Below are positions 55,753-64,000 of a stretch of DNA of 64,000 nucleotides, piece by piece. The notes below the pieces were generated by a model. The model saw only the letters and a list, made by a program, of their open reading frames with translations. It was not told where the DNA came from and did not search any database. Position numbers and translations under genes: made by a program. The stretch's first letter is position 1; every line of letters begins with the position of its first letter. The DNA is from an uncultured Actinomycetes bacterium (GTDB taxonomy: Bacteria > Actinomycetota > Thermoleophilia > RBG-16-64-13). The DNA is taken from assembly GCA_963841735.1 (NCBI GenBank), contig CAWJDT010000005.1:224001-288000 (forward strand), read 5' to 3'.

Positions 55753-57463
55753 ATGAAGCGCTCCAACCGCTTCAAGGGGACGAAGAGAATGGGCGAATCA
55801 ATGCCCGATGCCTGTCGCTCAATAGAGCATCCGCGCTTGAGTCCGCACCCTTGCAAGAGTAGACGATCACCGAATTGCCGTCGTCTGGTTGCGGTATGGA
55901 TCGGTCTTACCGCCATACTCGTGGTGTTCTGCTCGTCTCCTGCGCCTGCCAGCGCCGCTGACACTAAGGTCCTCGTGGGCACTCACCGCTACCACACGGC
56001 CCAACTCATCTCCAAGACCATGTTCCCGCAAGCCCTTCCCGCCGGTGCAGGCGTGGTGGTGGCTCCAGGCGAGACCTTCCCCGAAGCCCTCTGCGGAGCT
56101 CCGCTGGCCGCCGCTTACGGCGGCCCGGTTCTGCTTACGCTAAGAACCGGATTGGAGAACGGCACCAAGGCCGAACTGCAGCGTCTAGCCCCTACCTGGG
56201 TGTTTTGCATAGGCCTCCCCACCGCGGTGGTAAGGGCCATCGAGGGAGCGCTGCCAAGGGCCAAGGTCATTTCTATCAACGGAACCAACGTCTATGACAT
56301 GAGCTACCGGGTGGCTAAGGCCCTGCAGCAAAAAGTGGGCGACCTCACCGGAGCCACCGCCATCATCACCATAGGCACCAACTTCCCCGACGCCCTGGGG
56401 GTCTCTCCGCTGGCCTGTGCCAAGCTATGGCCCATCCTGTTGACCGAACCCATCACCAAGCTCGTACCTGAGCCGACACTTAACCCCAAAGCCGGCCAGG
56501 CTCTATCTGAGCTAGGCATCACCCAGGTCATCAAGGTGGGCACCTATGTCGACCACGCCGGCCAACATCAAGTACTACAACCTCTCCGGGGCCGATCGCT
56601 ACTACACCAACGCCAACGTAGCCAAATGGGCCCAGGCCTATGCCGGCCTTACCTATACCCACACCGGCTTCGCCACCGGAGACAAGTTTCCCGACGCACT
56701 GGCCGCCGGACCATATTTGGCCCAAAGAAGAGGCATCCTGCTTCTTACAGGGCCCTCCACCGTTCCCCCGGCGATTTCGACTGCGATAGCGGCCCACGTC
56801 TCCGAGATACAAAGCATCAGCCTCATTGGACTGGGAAGCCCTGCCACCTGGCAACTTGCTCTGCTCGCGCCCGTCAGCAGCCCGCCCTACGCTCCCAATG
56901 TTGGTGTCGGGTCAAGAGGTGCCGCGGTCCTGTGGCTGGAGAGAAAACTGGCGAGTCTCACCTACCGGCCCGGACCGATAGACGGTGTCTACGACGAGAA
57001 GACCTACCAAGCGGTGGTCGCCTTCCAGAAATGGGAAGGCTTGGGCATCGACGGAAGCATGGCGAACATCGACTGGAGCAAGCTGTACGCCGCGAAGCCG
57101 CCCACAGCGCGCAGATCAGGCACGGTTGCCTGGATTGAGATCAACAAGTCCCGGCAGGTGCTGCTATACGTGCGCGAGGGCCAGGTCATCAGAACTCTGC
57201 CCTGTTCTACCGGAAGTGCGAGAGTCGGAGATATCACCCCATCCGGTGACTTCGCCATAACGTCGCAGTTCCCCGGGTGGCAAGGAGGAGTCTACAACGC
57301 ATGCGTCTTCACACCGGCGCCAGATGGAGGGTCGGTCGCGATCCACGGTTTGGACAGTGTACCCACCTCTGCGTCCACCCACGGATGCGTTCGGCTGAAG
57401 GTCTGGGACATGGCCGAGCTCTTCCCCTACCTGGGCATAGGAACGGGCGTATTCGTCTACTAG
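55753..57463 (+). CDS. CWB2 repeats, PG-binding domain and L,D-transpeptidase (frameshift near 56550)
   Basis: GTHRYHT/FPEAL, FPDAL repeats, GPIDGVY, IHG...THGCVRL; split over two frames; start uncertain. Confidence 0.75.
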
Positions 57464-57496
57464 CAGCTCGTCCCTGTGGCGCTCTGAGCAGGTCCG

Positions 57497-57859
57497 CTAG
57501 GCAGTGACTTCCACGTAGGTGTTGGGCCCCTCACTCAAGCGCACCCGCACCACCGGTAGCCCAGCTTCCTCAAGGTGCGCAAAGGCCCAGGCGGCTACCG
57601 CCTCCACAGTGGGCACGAAGGTGAAGATCTCATTGAGTAGCTGGTGGTCCATGGGCTCCACGATCAGCTCACTCACCCGAGCCCTCAGATCGGCGAAGTC
57701 CATGACCATGCCGGCCGCGGGGCCGGACTCCTGGGGAGTGCCCTGCACCGTCACTTCGAGGCCATAGGTGTGACCGTGCAGCCGACAGCACTTGCCCTCG
57801 TGGTCGGGCAGCCGGTGGGCGGCCGCGAAGGTCGTGGAGACGGTTATGGTCGTCTTCAT
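57497..57859 (-). CDS. queD: 6-carboxytetrahydropterin synthase
   Basis: FAAAHRL, CCRLHGHTY, GMVMDF, DHQLLNE. Confidence 0.92.
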   Translation of the reverse strand: MKTTITVSTTFAAAHRLPDHEGKCCRLHGHTYGLEVTVQGTPQESGPAAGMVMDFADLRARVSELIVEPMDHQLLNEIFTFVPTVEAVAAWAFAHLEEAGLPVVRVRLSEGPNTYVEVTA

Positions 57860-58578
57860 GGACGCTCCCCGTTCTCGTAGGGGATCGGATCGGCGGCGCC
57901 GGCGACGGCGAAGGCCGCGCGCCGCGCCTGGCAAGTGTCGCAGACCCCGCAGGCCGGCCGGCGCCCTTGATAGCAGGAATGGGTCAACTCGTATGGCACC
58001 CCGTGGTCCAGACCCCAACGGATGATGTCGGCCTTGGACCAGTGCGCGAAGGGCGCCTGCACCCGCAGCCCGTGCTGGGTACCAAGCCGAACGGCCTGGT
58101 CGGCCGCCTCGACGAACTCAGGCCGGCAATCGGGATAGCCTGTGTGATCGTCATGATGGACTCCCAGCCACAACACCGCGGGGCCGAACGCGTCCTGCAC
58201 GGACGCCATGCGCGCTAGAAACAGCAGGTTGCGGGCGGGAACGTACGACGGAGCCACGCCCTTGGCTAGGGTAAGGTCGCGCCCTTCGGGCAGACAGACC
58301 TCGGCGTCGGTAAGGGCAGATCCCGCTATCGAACCCAGATCAAGGACATGGTGCTTCATGGCCAGCGCTGCCGCCACTGCTCGAGCCGCCTCCAGCTCTA
58401 CCGAGTGCTTTTGCCCGTAGAGAAAGGTGAAGGCTTCGATGGGTCCCCCGGGATGATGCTCGGCGATCCACACCGCCAGGGTCGCCGAATCTAGGCCCCC
58501 GCTCAGGAGTAGACAATGGGTCACCGCCGCCGGGGTGACCCCGTCCAGGCGCGTGAGCCCCGGTGCCCGCTCGCTCAC
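57856..58578 (-). CDS. queC: 7-cyano-7-deazaguanine synthase
   Basis: LSGGLDS, YVPARN, GYPDCR, SCY...CGVCDTC. Confidence 0.93.
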   Translation of the reverse strand: MSERAPGLTRLDGVTPAAVTHCLLLSGGLDSATLAVWIAEHHPGGPIEAFTFLYGQKHSVELEAARAVAAALAMKHHVLDLGSIAGSALTDAEVCLPEGRDLTLAKGVAPSYVPARNLLFLARMASVQDAFGPAVLWLGVHHDDHTGYPDCRPEFVEAADQAVRLGTQHGLRVQAPFAHWSKADIIRWGLDHGVPYELTHSCYQGRRPACGVCDTCQARRAAFAVAGAADPIPYENGERP

Positions 58579-59021
58579 GCCCTCTCCTCGAGAGGCTGCT
58601 GAACAGCGCGGCTGCCGTGTTCGGCCCTCACCACGGTCCTGATATTCCCCCGCACGGCGAAGTCGGCTATCACCCTCATCCAGCGGGGGTCCAGTAGCGC
58701 CACCAGCTCGTCAAGGATCTGGTTGGCGGCCGCCTCGTGCGAGATGGGGCGGTCCCGAAAGTCGTTGATATACAGCTTCAAAGACCTCAATTCCACGATC
58801 CAATCCCGTGGCTGATAGCGGATCTTGATGAGGGCGAAGTCCGGGAAGCCCGAGCGCGGACACAGGCAGGTGAACTCGGGGATGTCAAAGGAGATCAGGT
58901 ATGGGCGCATGGTGTGAGGATTTGGCCACCGCTCCAGCTTGTTCTCGCGGATAGTCGCGAGACCGTAGAGTCCCTGTTCGGGAAGTCCCTGCTGTTCGCC
59001 GGTGTTGGAATCCGCCTCCAT
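58575..59021 (-). CDS. queF: NADPH-dependent preQ0 reductase
   Basis: PEFTCLCPRSGFPDF, ELRSLKLY, SHE, VRGNI. Confidence 0.92.
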   Translation of the reverse strand: MEADSNTGEQQGLPEQGLYGLATIRENKLERWPNPHTMRPYLISFDIPEFTCLCPRSGFPDFALIKIRYQPRDWIVELRSLKLYINDFRDRPISHEAAANQILDELVALLDPRWMRVIADFAVRGNIRTVVRAEHGSRAVQQPLEERA

Positions 59022-59093
59022 TGGGGAAGTATACCTTGCTGCTATAGTGGCGGCAGCGAGGGCGACCTCGCCGGGTGAAGGGAGAGAAAGGGA

Positions 59094-59492
59094 ATGGACG
59101 ACAAGGTCATCCGCAGAATCCTGCTCTGTTACGACGGCTCCGACGGCGCGGAGAAGGCGGCTGGACTTGCCATCAGCCTGGCCCACAAGTACGACGCCAC
59201 CGTCGTTGTGTGCCACGCCTTTGGGCACCTGCCCGTCACCTCAAAGCCGAGCGAAGTTCGCCGTTTGCTCAATCCGGTGATCGATAGGCTCACTCAGTCG
59301 GCGATAAAGACTCAGATCGCCATTTCCGACGCAGTGCCGGCCCAGGGCATTCTGGATACCGCCGACGAGCACCACGTCGACCTCATCATCATGGGAAGCC
59401 GCGGACGCGGCACCTTCGCCAATCTGCTGCTGGGCTCCACCTCCGAACGGGTGCTCCGCTACGCCAAGGTCCCTGTGTTGATCGCCCGATGA
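59094..59492 (+). CDS. Universal stress protein
   Basis: ILLCYDGS, DLIIMGSRGRG, LLGSTSERV. Confidence 0.92.
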   Translation: MDDKVIRRILLCYDGSDGAEKAAGLAISLAHKYDATVVVCHAFGHLPVTSKPSEVRRLLNPVIDRLTQSAIKTQIAISDAVPAQGILDTADEHHVDLIIMGSRGRGTFANLLLGSTSERVLRYAKVPVLIAR

Positions 59493-60238
59493 AGCGGAGC
59501 GACCGCCGTTGGCTCTGGCTGCTGGCCTCGGGGCTGGCGGCAGCCTCCCTCATCCTTTACGCTGTCCAGATAGCTATCTTCCGCACCGCCCGCGATACGT
59601 TCTTCTACATATTCCAGGACCTAGCCTTCTTGCCGCTCACGTTGCTTGTGGCGGGCCTCGTGGTCGAGCGACTCATCTCACTGCGCGAGAAGAAAACGAT
59701 CGTCCACAGGATGAACATGGTCGTCGGAGCCTTCTTCAGCGAGTTGGGCTCGCCCCTGCTGGCCGAGTTGCTTCCGGCCATGTCCTCCGCCGAGGAGATC
59801 AGGGAGCGACTCCATCTGCAGACTACGTGGACAAGAGAGGACTTCCGCGGCGCCTTCAAGTTCGCGCACACTCTGAAATGCGACATCGACCTGGGCCGCA
59901 TAGACCGCGAAGCACTGAAAGCGCACCTCATTGAACAGCGCACTTTCATGCTCCGCCTGCTTGAGAATCCCAACCTCATGGAGCACGAGCGCTTCACCGA
60001 CCTGCTGTGGGCTGTGTTGCACCTCGAGGAGGAGCTAGAAGCACGCGTTTCGTTGACCGACCTCCTCCCCACCGACGAAGTCCACCTGCAGGTGGACGTG
60101 CGCCGCGCCTACAACGCGCTGCTCGCCGAATGGGTGCTCTACGTCGAGCACCTCAAGGCCGACTACCCTTATCTCTTCTCGCTGATAGTGCGGACGCATC
60201 CCTTCCAGGACGCGCCCTCAGCCGTAGTCAAGCAGTAG
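59489..60238 (+). CDS. Hypothetical membrane protein
   Basis: Two N-terminal TM helices then a soluble helical domain; ATGA overlap with the USP gene. Confidence 0.7.
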   Translation: MKRSDRRWLWLLASGLAAASLILYAVQIAIFRTARDTFFYIFQDLAFLPLTLLVAGLVVERLISLREKKTIVHRMNMVVGAFFSELGSPLLAELLPAMSSAEEIRERLHLQTTWTREDFRGAFKFAHTLKCDIDLGRIDREALKAHLIEQRTFMLRLLENPNLMEHERFTDLLWAVLHLEEELEARVSLTDLLPTDEVHLQVDVRRAYNALLAEWVLYVEHLKADYPYLFSLIVRTHPFQDAPSAVVKQ

Positions 60239-60428
60239 ACACCCAGCGACGGGCCGCGGAGCCATCACGCCCTCACGCGGCGTGGAGCAGAACCGCCGCC
60301 CGCCCAATCGCAAGCCTGGTTGCTGCCCGTAGGCGCGGCTGATATCTTGAGATGTTGCCGGACTGCTACGGCCCCTCGCTGCCGTCATCCGGCCGAGCTG
60401 GGCGACACAGAGCGAAGGGAGGTTCGGC

Positions 60429-61112
60429 ATGAGACATGTATGGATCGTCTGGCTACGCTACGTTCTCGTTGGCCTTGTGTCGGCGACCTTGATGGTCGCC
60501 ATCTCCGGATGCAGCGGATTCGGTTGCGGGTGCGATAACGAAGACGAAGAGGCGCGCCAGGCCCTTCTCCACGGCACTCTGGTCTCTATCGATCCCGGAG
60601 ACATCCATGAGACCGACACCACAATCCCAGCGTCCTCATCAGGAACCACCGTCACCTGCCCTGATACCGGTGAGCCGATTTCGAACGGCACTTCCCCCGG
60701 CCAAGGCTTCTCCGTTCCGAACGGCACCGTGCCGCCCCTACCCTCCGTCAGTGACAACCCCGGGGTGGACATGATTACCAACTGGAAGTACTTCTTCTAC
60801 GGCCCCACTCCGGTCTCAACTAAGGTGCAGCTTCTCGAGAACGGCCAGCAGCATGTCGGGGAACTGACCGACTTTGCCGCGACGCCGTTTGCCGCGGGCC
60901 TGCACGCGGACGTGACCAAGTCCTCGTGGACTTCGGGCGAGACAACAGGCCAGGTGATCTACGACCTGTTCATGGATGGAACCACCCTCGTCACGGGCGG
61001 GACAGGCACCATGATCCTTGAGGACAAGGTGTGGAAGGTATCGGAGCAGTCCTTCCAGGAGTTGCTGACTCTGCAGCAGGAGTCGTCGGCCTTGTCCACC
61101 AAAACACCGTGA
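60429..61112 (+). CDS. Hypothetical lipoprotein
   Basis: Signal peptide with ISGC lipobox. Confidence 0.6.
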   Translation: MRHVWIVWLRYVLVGLVSATLMVAISGCSGFGCGCDNEDEEARQALLHGTLVSIDPGDIHETDTTIPASSSGTTVTCPDTGEPISNGTSPGQGFSVPNGTVPPLPSVSDNPGVDMITNWKYFFYGPTPVSTKVQLLENGQQHVGELTDFAATPFAAGLHADVTKSSWTSGETTGQVIYDLFMDGTTLVTGGTGTMILEDKVWKVSEQSFQELLTLQQESSALSTKTP

Positions 61113-61169
61113 TAGACAACGACGTAATAGAATCCATCGACATCCGACCGCGATGAGGGAGACAAACCC

Positions 61170-62798
61170 ATGCAGCTAGTACATGCCATCAGGTCACGCG
61201 CCGGCGCGAACAAGGTGCTGCTCCTGCTTACGGCTATCCTCTTCCTCACCTTCCTCGATACCACCATCATGAGCGTCGCCGCCGTCGACCTCCAGGGGAC
61301 CCTGCACACTTCGGTCTCCGACCTGCAGTGGATCATCAACGGCTACGCCCTGATGTTCGCTGCCCTCATGCTCGCCTTCGGCACTTTGGGCGACCGACTG
61401 GGCCGCAAACGGGTGATGCTGGGCGGAGTCTTGGTATTCATCGCCGGGTCGGTGTTCGGTGCCTTGGCACCCAACACCTGGTCCCTGGTGGCAGCTCGGG
61501 GCGTCATGGGCATCGGCGCCGCCGCGTGTGAACCTGGGACTCTCTCCGTGCTTCGTCAGATCTACCCGGAGCGCGGCGCCCGAGCCCGCGCCATCGGTTG
61601 GTGGGCGGCTATGGCCGGTCTCGCCCTGGCCATGGGACCCGTCATCGGCGGCATCCTGGTGGGCCTCGGTGGGTGGCGGGCCATCTTCTGGTTCAACCTA
61701 GCCGCCGGAGTGGCGATCTTCTTTGCGGCCAAGGCGATAATCCCCGAGAGCGCCGACCCCGAGACGGGCAAGACCGACTGGGTGGGGTATATCCTGGGGC
61801 CTGTGGCGCTCGGAACCATCGTGTTCGCCATCATCATCGGCGAGACGGCCGGATACTTCTCTGGCAAAGTGCTTGACCCTCTTCGCCGTGGGCGCGGTCG
61901 CTCTGGGCCTGTTCATCTTCGCTGAGTCCCGAGTCAAGACTCCCATGCTGGAGGTCAAGTACTTCCGACGAGCGCCCTTCTCGGGCTCGCTGACGGTGGC
62001 CTTCGCCACCTACTTCGGGGTCTTCTCCATCTTCTTCTTGACTGCCATCTACCTGCAGGTGGTGCTTCACTACTCGGCCTTCCGCCTGGCGGCCCTCTTC
62101 GTCCCGATGGCGCTGGGCATGATCATCGCCTCTTCGTTCGCCGGCCGATGGGTGGCTGAGCGCGGCGCACGAACTCCGGTCACCTTTGGCTGCCTAGTCG
62201 CGGGTGTAGGCGTGCTGCTGACCGACTTGGCCCTGCTACCCGCCCCCGCCGACGTCCATTTCGCCCCCCTGGTGTTGGCCCTCACCGTCGCCGGCATCGG
62301 CTTCGGGGTCGCAGTGGTGCCGATCACCACCGTCGCGCTATCCGCCCTGCCCGCCCGCCACTCAGGCATGGCTGCATCGGCCACGACCACCACGCGCGAG
62401 GTCGGCACCGTGATCGGGGTGGCAGCTCTGGGCTCGCTCTTCAGCGGAAGGTTGACCAGCTTCCTAACCCAGCGCCTGGTGGATCTGGGCTTTCCCGTGG
62501 AAATGAGGGAGCCGATAATCACGGGCGTCCTCACGGGTCAGATCACCCTCGATCTTGACCCAAAGTACCTCCCGGTGATCCAGAACCCCACTATAGAGGT
62601 AGCTGCGCAGGTGGTCAGCACCTTCCCAGCAGGTGAACAAAGGGCCGCCGCCGAGTTGTGGCCAATGGCATCGTGCAATCTACGCAGGCGGCATTTGACG
62701 CCGTACATAACGGGGTGAGCTGGTCGCTTATGGTGGCGGGATGCGTCATCCTGGCCTCGGGCATAGTGGCCTTCTTCACCTTCCCCAGAACTTCCTGA
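61170..62798 (+). CDS. MFS DHA2 transporter with two frameshifts (near 61873 and 62657)
   Basis: GDRLGRK motif; continues in 61873..62718 frame, then a third frame gives the final TM helix (VSWSLMVAGCVILASGIVAFFTFPRTS*). Confidence 0.75.
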
Positions 62799-62896
62799 CC
62801 GTCGTAAAAGAGAGAGGACCCCACTCGCCACCTGTGAGGCCCTCTCTGCATGCCCTGCGTAGGACGCGTCGGCTCCCTAGACCACCGTCGGCACCC

Positions 62897-64000
62897 TTAG
62901 ACCACCGTATACTTGGGCCCGCCCCCGCCCTCCGGCGGAACCCACTGGATGTTCTCGAACGGGTCTTTGATGTCACAGGTCTTGCAGTGGACGCAGTTTG
63001 AGAAGTTGACCTTGAGGGTCTTTTCCCCGGTGGACTCGTCCACCGTCATCTCGTAGACACTCGCCGGGCAGAACCTCACGCAGGGATTCTGGTATTCCTC
63101 GGCGCAGCGGCCATAGCAGATGGCCAGGTCCTTCACCTTGAGGTGACAGGGCTGAGCCTCTTCGTGGATGGCCCCAGAGTGGTAGACGTCGGTCTCTTTG
63201 TCAAACGTCAACTTGCCGTCGTACTTGATGTCACCGATCGCCACGTCGGACGGCGTGACAGTGCCGTGTCGGTCCCCCACCCTCTGCATGTGGGTGTGAT
63301 CGGGCATAGCCGGCAGTCTCTTGCTGATGACGCTCCCCCCCAAAGCAAACTGCGCTCCCGCCGTCAGCATCCCCCGGTACAGACCGCGCGTCATGGCCTG
63401 GTGGAAGTTGCGCACCTTGTAGAGATCCTTCATCTCGGCGCTTTCGGCCAGGGCCTTGCCGTAGCCCGCCAGCCGGGCGTCGGAGAGGTCGTCGACCACC
63501 AAGCCGGCGAATATGGTCTCGGCGGCAAGCATCCCTGAGCGCATAGCGATATCGATGCCCTTGATCTTCTGCGCGTTGAAGAGATTGGCCCCGTCGCCGA
63601 TGAGCAGGCCGCCGGGGAAGGACAGCTCCGGTATGGAGTAGTAGCCCCCCACCGGCACCGTCTTGGCGCCGTACTGCACCACCTTGCCGTCCTTGAGCAG
63701 AGCGGCCACAAGCGGATGCATCTTGGACTTCTGAAACTCCCGATGCGGGTCGATGAAGGGATCGCCATAGTCAAGGCTGGTGAGCTGGCCGACGGAGACC
63801 ATGTTGTCGGTCATGCCGTACACGAAGCCGCCGCCAAAGGCGTCGCTCTCCAGCGGATATCCCAGAGAATGGATGACCTCACCCGGCTCGAGCCTTGCCT
63901 CGGGCAGTTGCCACACTTCCTTGACCCCGACTTCGAACCCGGGCGAGTTCTTGCCCGTGTCCAGCTTGAAGCGCGCTATGACATCCTTGGTCAGATTGCC
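62897..64000 (-). CDS. Electron transfer flavoprotein-quinone oxidoreductase (5' end outside window)
   Basis: GGGFVY, KIKGI, FCPASVYE, NCVHCKTCDIKDP, WVPPEGGGGPKY. Confidence 0.9.
   Translation of the reverse strand, partial: GNLTKDVIARFKLDTGKNSPGFEVGVKEVWQLPEARLEPGEVIHSLGYPLESDAFGGGFVYGMTDNMVSVGQLTSLDYGDPFIDPHREFQKSKMHPLVAALLKDGKVVQYGAKTVPVGGYYSIPELSFPGGLLIGDGANLFNAQKIKGIDIAMRSGMLAAETIFAGLVVDDLSDARLAGYGKALAESAEMKDLYKVRNFHQAMTRGLYRGMLTAGAQFALGGSVISKRLPAMPDHTHMQRVGDRHGTVTPSDVAIGDIKYDGKLTFDKETDVYHSGAIHEEAQPCHLKVKDLAICYGRCAEEYQNPCVRFCPASVYEMTVDESTGEKTLKVNFSNCVHCKTCDIKDPFENIQWVPPEGGGGPKYTVV

Noticed and set aside
54985-59021. 7-deazaguanine DNA modification (dpd) system
   Set aside because: No dpdA or tgt-like gene; queF points to tRNA queuosine synthesis; the genes lie outside the island
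56540-62670. Programmed frameshifting in the LDT and MFS genes
   Set aside because: No slippery sequences; three scattered indels are better explained by sequencing error or decay

Overview
High-GC bacterial window, probably from an actinobacterium (Thermoleophilia-like; inferred from the Thr-rich lipoproteins, DUF6777 and a Gram-positive LexA box). Bases 1-12.8 kb hold two paralogous Opp/Dpp-type ABC importer units, an esterase-RCC1 fusion and tandem LysR regulators. Bases 13-19.3 kb encode lipoproteins, an acyltransferase and a glycosyltransferase. An integrative element of about 24 kb (~19.33-43.59 kb) interrupts a WG-repeat lipoprotein cluster. Its backbone is a large serine recombinase ending in a tRNA 3' fragment, an Xre repressor, an MTase, a Replic_Relax protein and a VirD4-like ATPase. 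Its cargo is a defence cluster centred on a translationally coupled operon: PD-(D/E)XK endonuclease, Zn-ribbon adenine MTase, S-4TM effector and TWO intact CD-NTases. An OLD nuclease with its own LexA-boxed promoter follows, and HEPN, AbiJ-like and nuclease genes are also present. Most of the cargo is bracketed by two CPR-like prepilin/FGE(CLec) genes whose 3' ends carry a DGR-type variation signature; no RT or template repeat was seen. Bases 43.8-64 kb carry a PP2C phosphatase, four WG-repeat genes, glgP, a candidate sRNA, MFS pumps, a split que cluster, an L,D-transpeptidase, a USP and a partial ETF-QO. All calls come from motif recognition by eye; no database searches were run.
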